Under the pieces are notes generated by a model that was given only the letters and a program-made list of their open reading frames with translations, made no database searches and had not been told where the DNA came from. The position numbers and the translations under genes are program-made. A stretch of DNA of 15,360 nucleotides from Candidatus Micrarchaeaceae archaeon (lineage in GTDB: Archaea > Micrarchaeota > Micrarchaeia > Micrarchaeales > CABMGC01), in contig JAVZVY010000020.1 in NCBI GenBank assembly GCA_038878295.1, forward strand, positions 1-15,360. Direction: 5' to 3'. Positions 1 through 6,857 of this stretch are shown piece after piece. How positions within the stretch are numbered: position 1 is the first letter of the stretch; the number at the start of each line of letters is the position of its first letter.

Positions 1-1
1 T

Positions 2-74
2 TAGCCCCAGCCGGATTCGAACCGACGTACGCGGGTCCAAAGCCCGCGGTCCTTGGCCGCTAGACGATGGGGCT
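2..74 (-). tRNA. tRNA-Gln(TTG), intronless, no encoded CCA
   Basis: The reverse complement folds as AGCCCCA-TC-GTCT AGCGGCCAA GGAC-C-GCGGG CT TTG GA CCCGC-GTAC-GTCGG TTCGAAT CCGGC-TGGGGCT-A. The A1-U72 pair is typical of archaeal tRNA-Gln. A TATA-like ATATAAATA lies about 30 nt upstream. Confidence 0.95.
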
Positions 75-137
75 GCACATAGCATTAATAAGCAATAATT
101 TATTTATATGTAATCAAAAATAACTCTTTGTGGTTGC

Positions 138-860
138 GTGACTGAGAAACTCTACTGGAAGGACCAGTACATGAGAGAATTTGAATCAAAGGTCACAAAG
201 GCGGTAGGCAACAGGATTTATCTTGAAAGCACCGCGTTTTATCCTACTGGCGGCGGGCAGCCGGCTGATACGGGCAAGCTGTTCATAAACGGCAAAGAGT
301 ATAAAATCAATGACGTTGAAAGCGAGGGCGACGAAATTGTGCATATATCTGATGCCGTATTTGACGTGCAGGCTGGCGCAAGCGCAAAAGGCATGATAGA
401 CTGGGATAAGCGCTATATGCACATGCGCCTGCATACCGCAATACATCTGCTTGACGCAATAGTAGAGAGATTCTATGGTTCTGGAATGATAACAGGAGGC
501 CAGATATTCGACGACAGAGCAAGGATAGACGTTGATATGCCAGAGCTCAACAAGGAGAAGGCCGCAGAGATAATAACAAAGGCAAATGCTGAGGCTGCAA
601 AGGGCTACAGAGTTTCAGCAAGGGAGATAGACAAAGATGAAGCGCTCAAAATGGAGAGGCTTGCAAGAACAGAGCCAGGTAGGGAGCTTATAAAATCCCT
701 TGACAAGGTAAGGGTCGTAGAAATAGAGGGCCTTGACATGCAGGCTGACGGAGGCACTCATGTGCGAAACACGAATGAGATAGGCACAATGCTTCTTTCT
801 AATTATGAGAACAAAGGCAGGCACAGCAAACGCGTAGAAATAAGGCTGCAGAATCAGTAA
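138..860 (+). CDS. alaX: Free-standing alanyl-tRNA editing protein (AlaX-M type)
   Basis: 240 aa, GTG start. N-terminal LYWKDQY...TAFYPTGGGQPADTG, zinc motif HTAIH (HxxxH), and QADGGTH at the CxxxH position (Cys replaced by Asp). Confidence 0.9.
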   Translation: MTEKLYWKDQYMREFESKVTKAVGNRIYLESTAFYPTGGGQPADTGKLFINGKEYKINDVESEGDEIVHISDAVFDVQAGASAKGMIDWDKRYMHMRLHTAIHLLDAIVERFYGSGMITGGQIFDDRARIDVDMPELNKEKAAEIITKANAEAAKGYRVSAREIDKDEALKMERLARTEPGRELIKSLDKVRVVEIEGLDMQADGGTHVRNTNEIGTMLLSNYENKGRHSKRVEIRLQNQ

Positions 861-2308
861 GACCTGGCAAAGTTCGCTATGTACTTCGCAGGCTTGTCGC
901 AGTATATGCACTTCATGCCCTTTTGCATGGATCCGTTTTCTTCAAACGGCAAGTTTGTTATCTTTGCACTTGTCTCTTCCTTTATCTTGTCCTCGCACTC
1001 CCTGCTGCCACACCACGGTGCCTGAACGATTCCTGGCTTTTGCGCCTTAAGCAGCTTTTTCATTTCCGAATAGCTGCTCGCTTTGTGCATATGGGCCCTC
1101 ATGAAATTCAGTGCGTTTTCATAGAGCTTGTTGTGTATCTCATTGAGCACAAGGTCTATCTTCTGGGTTATATCGGATATGCTTGTTGCGGTCTTTGCGC
1201 CTGTGTCACGCCTGGCTATGACAACCTCTTTGCCATCGACCTCCTTAGGCCCTATTTCAAGCCTTATCGGAACTCCTTTGAGCTCCCAGTCGTTGAACTT
1301 GTAGCCAGGAGTGTAGCCCTCCCTGTCGTCTAGCTTTACCCTAAAGCTTTCCTTGAGTATAGACTCGACCTTTCTCGCATATTCCAGCACTTTTTCGGCG
1401 TTGCCGCTCTTGAATATGGGCACTATAACAATCTGTATGCGTGCAATTCTTGGCGGTATTATTAGCCCTTTGTCATCGCCATGAGTCGCAATCATTACGC
1501 CTATCTCCCTTGTCGATATCGCATATGTGTTCTGCCACACAAATTCCTTCTTGCCGTTTCTGTCAAGATAGCTTATGCCGAACGCCTTAGCAAAGTTTTG
1601 ACCGTCGAAGTGCCAGTCAGGACCTTGTATGGCCCAACCATCTGGCATTATGTGCTCTATGCTGTAGCTCTCTACAGCGCCAGCAAACTTCTCCTTGTCT
1701 GTTTTCTTGCCGACTATGCCGGGAAGCGCGAGGTATTCTTTAAGCGCCTTCTGATATATGCCAAGTATTATATCGCGCTCGGCGCGCGCCTCCTTCTCAG
1801 TCGCGTAGGCGCTGTGGCCCTCGTTCCAGAGGAATTCCCTGCTCCTTATAAATGGCGTAGGGTTCTTGAACTCCCACCTTACGACGTTGTTCCATAGATT
1901 GTACCTTATCGGCAGGTCGCGCCAAGACCTTATCCACTTCGAAAAGCTTGGGTAGATGATCGTTTCAGATGTGGGTCTAACGGCAAGCCTTTCGCTGAGC
2001 TTGCTGCTGCCGGTCTCGGTGACCCATGCAACCTCTGGCACAAAGCCTTCTAGATGTTCCTGCTCCTTTGCCAGGAAATGCTCTGGTATGAAAAGCGGAA
2101 AATAAACATTGTCTATGCCTGCCTTCTTGAACTCTGAATCAACAGCGCCAACAATGCGCTCCCAGACAGCATATGCATCTGGCCTGAATATTATTGCGCC
2201 AGAAACGTCGCTGTAATCGATGAATTCTGACTTTATGAGCACCTGCGTGTACCATTCAGAAAAGTTTTCTGATTTCTTTGCCGTTATGCCTTTCTTTTCT
2301 TCTTCCAA
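854..2308 (-). CDS. proS: Prolyl-tRNA synthetase, archaeal/eukaryotic type (no INS editing domain)
   Basis: FSEWYTQV, RPTSET, VRWEFKNPTPFIRSREFLWNEGH, KFAGA, anticodon-binding GYKFNDWELKGVPIRLEIGP, and C-terminal zinc Cys (WCGSREC...CIYC) ending FARSY. TTG start preceded by GGTG. Confidence 0.97.
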   Translation of the reverse strand: MEEEKKGITAKKSENFSEWYTQVLIKSEFIDYSDVSGAIIFRPDAYAVWERIVGAVDSEFKKAGIDNVYFPLFIPEHFLAKEQEHLEGFVPEVAWVTETGSSKLSERLAVRPTSETIIYPSFSKWIRSWRDLPIRYNLWNNVVRWEFKNPTPFIRSREFLWNEGHSAYATEKEARAERDIILGIYQKALKEYLALPGIVGKKTDKEKFAGAVESYSIEHIMPDGWAIQGPDWHFDGQNFAKAFGISYLDRNGKKEFVWQNTYAISTREIGVMIATHGDDKGLIIPPRIARIQIVIVPIFKSGNAEKVLEYARKVESILKESFRVKLDDREGYTPGYKFNDWELKGVPIRLEIGPKEVDGKEVVIARRDTGAKTATSISDITQKIDLVLNEIHNKLYENALNFMRAHMHKASSYSEMKKLLKAQKPGIVQAPWCGSRECEDKIKEETSAKITNLPFEENGSMQKGMKCIYCDKPAKYIANFARSY

Positions 2309-2358
2309 GCAAACACCATCTGCACTATATAGTTCAATATAATTTTATAATGTGCGTG

Positions 2359-3213
2359 TTAGCCTCCCTGAAATATGGATCTCAATATTAGGCTTGCATG
2401 GCCTGCTTCCCTTAGGCGCCTGAGAGAATATGCGAGCCACTCTTTGCCGAATGGCACATAGATGTACATGCTGTAGCCTCTGTTTGCAATCGAAAGGGCG
2501 AGCTTGGGCCTTATGCCCTTAAGCATGCCGAACATCACCCTGCGCCTGCGCCTCTGATTCTCGTCAATTGCTATATTGATCATCTTCTCGTCGTGAGTTG
2601 CGATCATGAATTTTTCGGCGTGCATGAATAGGTATTGCATAAGCTTCACATAGTTTGCATCCTTCTTAGCACGGCCGCTGAATGCAACATTGCTGCTTTC
2701 TGTATAAGCCCCTTTGACAAGCCTGACAACGCCGCCTCTTGCAACTATCCTTTTTAGATCATCATAGCTTCTTTTGAGATTAGCTTGCACGCAAATGCCT
2801 ATGTTGTTGCGCCTCCCAAGAGCCTTGAGGTATGCGCCAATTGTTGCATCCGCATACTTTGATTCCTCAGCATCAAGCCATACAAAGATATTGTTTGAGG
2901 CCGCAAGATCTACTACTTTTATGTAGTTTTTGTAGAATTCGGACCTGCTTATTACTAGGCCAAGCTGCGTCGGCTTCACCGACAACTGCGCATCTATGCG
3001 ATTTCTGCGTATGCTTTTTATGAGCTCTGCATAAGTTGCAACTGAGCGGTTTACATCGTCTACAGAAGAGAAGTTTTCGCCAAGGTAGTTCAGTATGGCT
3101 TTTTCGCCAAGGGCATTGATGCGAATTGCTGCATTTATCGCATCTTCGACCCTCGTGCCTGCTATCCATTTCCTTGCAAATATTACACCAATATTGCCAA
3201 GCATCGACATCAT
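2359..3213 (-). CDS. Monofunctional proline dehydrogenase (FAD-dependent PRODH)
   Basis: Motifs WIAG, LNYLGE, SVKPTQLG, WLDAE, RLVKGAY, IATHD and YVPFGKEWLAYSLRRLRE. The start overlaps the HAD stop (ATGA). Confidence 0.92.
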   Translation of the reverse strand: MMSMLGNIGVIFARKWIAGTRVEDAINAAIRINALGEKAILNYLGENFSSVDDVNRSVATYAELIKSIRRNRIDAQLSVKPTQLGLVISRSEFYKNYIKVVDLAASNNIFVWLDAEESKYADATIGAYLKALGRRNNIGICVQANLKRSYDDLKRIVARGGVVRLVKGAYTESSNVAFSGRAKKDANYVKLMQYLFMHAEKFMIATHDEKMINIAIDENQRRRRRVMFGMLKGIRPKLALSIANRGYSMYIYVPFGKEWLAYSLRRLREAGHASLILRSIFQGG

Positions 3214-3803
3214 ATCCCAAATTGATGAAGCTCTGCTAAGAGTTTCGAGGCGTTCTTGAATAGAAAGCTGTGCATGCCGGATTCTCTAGCACCTGCAACA
3301 TTTTCAGGCTTGTCATCTGTGAAAAAGACTTCGCTAGGTTCGAGGCCCATTTTCTCTGATACCCGCAAATATGCGGCCTTCATCGGCTTGGTGAGACCGA
3401 TGTAGCACGAAGCAAAACGATAGTCCATAAATGTGATCCAGCGCATTCCTGCAACATGCTTCCATCTTGATTTGTCTATATTTGAAAAGATAGCCGTAAT
3501 GTAACCACTCTCGTGGAGCTTTCTTGCGAGTTCGACAGTATCTTCATTAATGCTTGCGGTTTCTTTGAAAAATTCAAACCATTTCATATCCTTTGGACTT
3601 GCATTCACAATCTCCGCAAGACTGGTTTCGAACTCGGCTTTAGTGATCTTTCCTAACTCGAAGGCTGTTAGCTGTTTGCGGATAGCATTCTCAATTGTGC
3701 TTGCATCTATGCCAAATTTTTTTGACAGGTACTCGAAGTACCACTTATTATTATAATTTAAAATAACTCCTCCAACGTCAAACAGAATGCATTTTATAGC
3801 CAT
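3210..3803 (-). CDS. HAD-superfamily hydrolase (subfamily IA, phosphatase-like)
   Basis: Motif I FDVGGVI, motif II FSN, motif III GLTKP, motif IV FTDDKPENVAGARESGM. Confidence 0.9.
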   Translation of the reverse strand: MAIKCILFDVGGVILNYNNKWYFEYLSKKFGIDASTIENAIRKQLTAFELGKITKAEFETSLAEIVNASPKDMKWFEFFKETASINEDTVELARKLHESGYITAIFSNIDKSRWKHVAGMRWITFMDYRFASCYIGLTKPMKAAYLRVSEKMGLEPSEVFFTDDKPENVAGARESGMHSFLFKNASKLLAELHQFGI

Positions 3804-3807
3804 TAGA

Positions 3808-4290
3808 TCAACTTTTTACGGATATATCATCAAACTGTATGTGCAGCTTTTCTGAGAGCAGTTTGGGTCTTATTTTCATTACTGCGTTTGAAGCGCCTGC
3901 CGCAGCCCATACATATTGGAATCTAAGCAGTGATTTGTCTGCCATTACAGTTATGCCTTCCTTGTGCGGAAACGGAGGTACACCGCCTATAACATACCCT
4001 GTTTTTTCCTTTACTTCTTCAGGATCCATTATATGCATCTTTTCTGCACCGAGAAGTCTCTTCAATTTTGCGGTGTCTACTTTCTTATCGCCGCTCAGCA
4101 CTGCTACGACCGTCTTTTCCTTGCCGCCCGCAACATAGCCGAATGCGATGCTCTTTGCTATTTCAGCAACTGTGCAGCCCAGCGACGCTGCTGCTAGGGC
4201 AGACGTCTTTGTGCTCTCTGGAGCAAGCTCTACAATGTGCGCGTCAAGCATGTTAGAGCTTATAAAAGACCTTACGTCAGCGACATCCAT
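3808..4290 (-). CDS. YbaK/EbsC/ProX-family aminoacyl-tRNA deacylase
   Basis: AAASLGCTVAEIAKSI (conserved Lys), LSGDKKVD, TGYVIGGVPPF (GxxxP), VWAAAG. Start reassigned to ATG 4290 (ATG 4305 is an alternative). The longer start at 4335 runs through the AT-rich promoter region. Confidence 0.9.
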   Translation of the reverse strand: MDVADVRSFISSNMLDAHIVELAPESTKTSALAAASLGCTVAEIAKSIAFGYVAGGKEKTVVAVLSGDKKVDTAKLKRLLGAEKMHIMDPEEVKEKTGYVIGGVPPFPHKEGITVMADKSLLRFQYVWAAAGASNAVMKIRPKLLSEKLHIQFDDISVKS

Positions 4291-4347
4291 AAAACAATTT
4301 TTCATGACAAAACAAATATAAATGTATAAAGGCAAAGAATTGCGTAA

Positions 4348-4494
4348 GGGGTTGTGGCGTAACCTGGCAGCGCAGCAGGCTCCAGATGTTTAAAATTTTG
4401 TGAGCATCGTGCGATGATGAGGATTTGGAGCTATGAAAAATGATGAATAGCCAGAAGTCACCTGTTGGTCTGGGTTCAAATCCCAGCAACCCCA
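4348..4494 (+). tRNA. tRNA-Trp(CCA) with a 74-nt intron at 37/38 (intron 4386-4459)
   Basis: GGGGTTG/CAACCCC acceptor stem, GCGT/GCGC D stem, GCAGG CT CCA G [intron] A CCTGT anticodon arm, CTGGG TTCAAAT CCCAG T arm. Relaxed BHB: CUCC/GAAG helix with AG^A and UC^A bulges. Confidence 0.93.
4400..4455 (+). ncRNA. Intron-encoded box C/D guide RNA, predicted to direct Cm34 of tRNA-Trp
   Basis: C-type box ATGATGA 4414-4420, guide GGATTTGGAGCT 4421-4432 complementary to GGCTCCAGAT (4378-4387), D-type box ATGA 4433-4436. The 5th nt upstream of D (G4428) pairs with C4382, which is C34. A second ATGATGA lies at 4440-4446. Matches the known euryarchaeal tRNA-Trp intron guide arrangement. Confidence 0.8.
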
Positions 4495-4533
4495 CTCAAA
4501 CTGTCTTATAATACAAAAAGCATATAGATGCGC

Positions 4534-4956
4534 TTAGCTGCGCTTATCGATAATTTTCTTTACCTCTTTTATAAATTTGGCGATGTCGCTTAAGTTGCTC
4601 GCCTCTCCGAAAGTTTCCTTGTCGTAGTGCATGTCGAAATATGCGTGCACTAAGGAATCCCTAAGGGCCCTTCTTTTCCTGAAGCTATTTATCACTTCTG
4701 CGCTCAACACGTTGCTGAGCCCATTTGCGAGAGGTTCTTCGCCTCCCGCTATGCCAAAATCCAAACCTTTGTAGAGCAGCGCCATGACCTCCAATTCTAT
4801 GTCACTTATGAGCTGCACATACCTTTCGACAGCGGCCTTCGTTTTCATGTCTGATGCAGCATATTTGGCATAGCTGCTTGGCACGATCTCCATCAGGGCA
4901 TTTGAATAGCGCTCCAAATCCGTAAGCCTTCTAAGAATGCGCTCTTTGTCGATCAT
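4534..4956 (-). CDS. HEPN/HepT-like (DUF86) ribonuclease toxin
   Basis: 140 aa helical protein with AAVERYVQL and an RX4HXY motif (RDSLVHAY). Translationally coupled (ATGA) to the upstream MNT gene. Confidence 0.82.
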   Translation of the reverse strand: MIDKERILRRLTDLERYSNALMEIVPSSYAKYAASDMKTKAAVERYVQLISDIELEVMALLYKGLDFGIAGGEEPLANGLSNVLSAEVINSFRKRRALRDSLVHAYFDMHYDKETFGEASNLSDIAKFIKEVKKIIDKRS

Positions 4957-5459
4957 TTTTCCACCAGAGGCGCATCAAGCATAGGCTTCAAGTCTGACCA
5001 TTTCTGCAGAAGCTCTGCAGCCAGTTCTTTTATATCGAAGCCGCGCCTTGCATATATTAACTTGCACTCGCTCAACATCCTGCTTTTCATGTTCAACGGC
5101 ATATCGTCGAAAATGACAAAGTCAAACTTTGGGTGCTCCGGCACTAAGCGCTCAAATCTCTCAAGCATAGCGATTCTGTTAGCTATGCCTGGAGCAACAA
5201 TTGCTATGTCAACATCGTGGTATGGCTCCTTTCTTGCATAGCTTCCAAATAACAGCAGTGCAGCTACGCCTTTTTCTTTCTCAGCAATCTCCTTCAGCTT
5301 TTGCAGTGCGGCATCTATTTTCTCTTCATTTTCAACCCACATTACGATGGCTTCTTCTGCGGCTTTGCTTATAGAACCGCGCCCGTAGCCAAAGCGCTTC
5401 ATTGCGAGCTCCCTCCATTTTTCAGCTACTCTATCGTCGATGTAGATCTTAGTGTCCAT
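4953..5459 (-). CDS. Minimal nucleotidyltransferase (MntA-like) antitoxin with an N-terminal ribbon-helix-helix-like domain
   Basis: C-terminal part has LLFGSYAR...HDVDIAI and a third Asp in FDFVIF. N-terminal ~45 aa (TKIYIDDRVAEKWRELAMKRFGYGRGSISKAAEEAIVMWV) follows a beta-helix-helix RHH pattern. Confidence 0.82.
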   Translation of the reverse strand: MDTKIYIDDRVAEKWRELAMKRFGYGRGSISKAAEEAIVMWVENEEKIDAALQKLKEIAEKEKGVAALLLFGSYARKEPYHDVDIAIVAPGIANRIAMLERFERLVPEHPKFDFVIFDDMPLNMKSRMLSECKLIYARRGFDIKELAAELLQKWSDLKPMLDAPLVEK

Positions 5460-5476
5460 GATATAACTTTAGGGAT

Positions 5477-5494
5477 AAAGATATTTATATCTTT
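5477..5494 (-). promoter_or_regulatory. TATA box inside a perfect 8-2-8 inverted repeat; putative promoter/operator of the RHH-MNT/HEPN operon
   Basis: AAAGATAT-TT-ATATCTTT on the + strand. The minus strand reads ATATAAATA about 25-30 nt upstream of ATG 5459, consistent with a leaderless transcript. Confidence 0.5.
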
Positions 5495-5612
5495 GCACAT
5501 GTTGATGCGACAGCTTGGTATACATGTCAGAATGTATTTAGGAAGCAATTATATCGTTGTTTCACCAAAAACGATGCGCAACGCTTATTAACTTTGCTGC
5601 GCAAATCTGATT

Positions 5613-5768
5613 ATGGCAAGCTTATCGACGCCACAGCAACAGGCGGGCATACTCAGTTTTTACGATGCTCCTGAGAAGGGGCCGCGCGTTAACGTCAAAG
5701 CAGTGATAATACTTGTAGTTGTGTTTGCGCTTATTATAGCTATATTCGATCACGTAGCTGCAATCTGA
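5613..5768 (+). CDS. secG: Preprotein translocase subunit Sec61beta (archaeal SecG homologue); not in the ORF track
   Basis: Manual translation: MASLSTPQQQAGILSFYDAPEKGPRVNVKAVIILVVVFALIIAIFDHVAAI (51 aa). The AG-hydrophobic-FYD...GP pattern is followed by a single C-terminal TM helix. TTATTAA lies about 25 nt upstream. Confidence 0.88.
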   Translation: MASLSTPQQQAGILSFYDAPEKGPRVNVKAVIILVVVFALIIAIFDHVAAI

Positions 5769-5776
5769 TCCTTCGC

Positions 5777-6817
5777 TCAGTTTCTCTGCCTTATTGCTTC
5801 CTTTGGCTGCAACGCGATGTTTATCTTGGTGTTGCACTTTGGGCATCTGCCATCTGGAGTGATGTTGTATTCGAGTATGTCGAAGACGAATCTTTTTATG
5901 AGTAGGGCGCCGCATTCTGGGCAGTATGTGTTCTCGTATTTGTGTCCAGGCACGTTTCCAAGATAGACGTATTGCATTCCTTCTTCCTTTGCAATTTTGT
6001 AATGCGCCTCAAGCGTCTTAACCGGCGTTTCTGGAAAATCGAGCATCTTGAAATCAGGATGAAATCTTAAAAAATGAATTGGCACATCTGGACCCAAATT
6101 GTCGTATATCCATTTTACCATTTTCCTTGCTTCATCGAGGGAGTCGCCGACCTTAGGCACGACCAAATCTGTTATCTCAACGAATATGCCTTTCCTTTTC
6201 ATCTCAAGCAGTGCATCGAATATCGGGTGCTCCGATACTATCGATATGTACTTTCTAGAGAATTGAGTGTTTGCATCGCCTTTGAAATCAACAGTCATTG
6301 CATCTATGTAGCCTGATGCTGCATCCACCGCTTCAGGAGTCATGTAGCCGTTGGTTACGAACGTGTTGAAGATGCCTGCTTTGCGTGCCTCCTTCGCGAC
6401 GTCGATGGCATACTCCATGAATATCGTCGGCTCGTTGTATGTGTAGGTTATTCCATCGACAGCATATCTTTTTCCAGTTTCAACAAGCTCGTCCGGCATT
6501 ATGTCTGTGCCAATGAGCTCGCGCTCGTGGCTTATGTCCCAGTTCTGGCAATAGAGGCAATTGAAGTTGCAGCCGACAGTGCCTACGCTGAGCATAGAAG
6601 CGCCAGGCTTGTAGTGGAAGAGAGGCTTCTTCTCTATTGGGTCTATGTTGAGTGCCGCTATGTGCCCGTATACAATGAGATATATTTTGCCGTCCTTGTT
6701 TGCCCTTACGCCGCAGAAACCTTTCTGGCCCTCGCCTATGTTGCAGCGCCTCGCACAAAGATTGCAAACAGCCCTTTTGTTTGGCATCTGCTGGTAAAGT
6801 ATGCCCTCCTTTTCCAT
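5777..6817 (-). CDS. amrS: AmmeMemoRadiSam-system radical SAM enzyme (PFL-activase-like)
   Basis: N-terminal CNLCARRC...GFCGVR, IDPIEKKPLFHYKPG, CNFNCLYCQNWDIS (CxxxCxxC), TYNEPTIFMEY, PIHFLRFHPD, C-terminal YCPECG...CPKC. Confidence 0.9.
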   Translation of the reverse strand: MEKEGILYQQMPNKRAVCNLCARRCNIGEGQKGFCGVRANKDGKIYLIVYGHIAALNIDPIEKKPLFHYKPGASMLSVGTVGCNFNCLYCQNWDISHERELIGTDIMPDELVETGKRYAVDGITYTYNEPTIFMEYAIDVAKEARKAGIFNTFVTNGYMTPEAVDAASGYIDAMTVDFKGDANTQFSRKYISIVSEHPIFDALLEMKRKGIFVEITDLVVPKVGDSLDEARKMVKWIYDNLGPDVPIHFLRFHPDFKMLDFPETPVKTLEAHYKIAKEEGMQYVYLGNVPGHKYENTYCPECGALLIKRFVFDILEYNITPDGRCPKCNTKINIALQPKEAIRQRN

Positions 6818-6857
6818 AATAATATTATATAGAGAAATAGAAATAAAAGACAGCTTG

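Noticed and set aside
4427..4460. Two tandem introns in tRNA-Trp, using GGAG 4427-4430 as the BHB partner of CUCC
   Set aside because: The remaining segment has no convincing second BHB. This GGAG is better explained as the Cm34 guide, since it fits the +5 rule exactly.
4277..4495. 72-aa minus-strand ORF (MGLLGFEPRPT...)
   Set aside because: It is the antisense reading of tRNA-Trp; GFEP is the typical reverse translation of a T arm.
4495..5612. Integrated element at tRNA-Trp carrying the TA pair
   Set aside because: No direct repeat of the tRNA 3' end, integrase or transposase was found by eye. At most a remnant islet.
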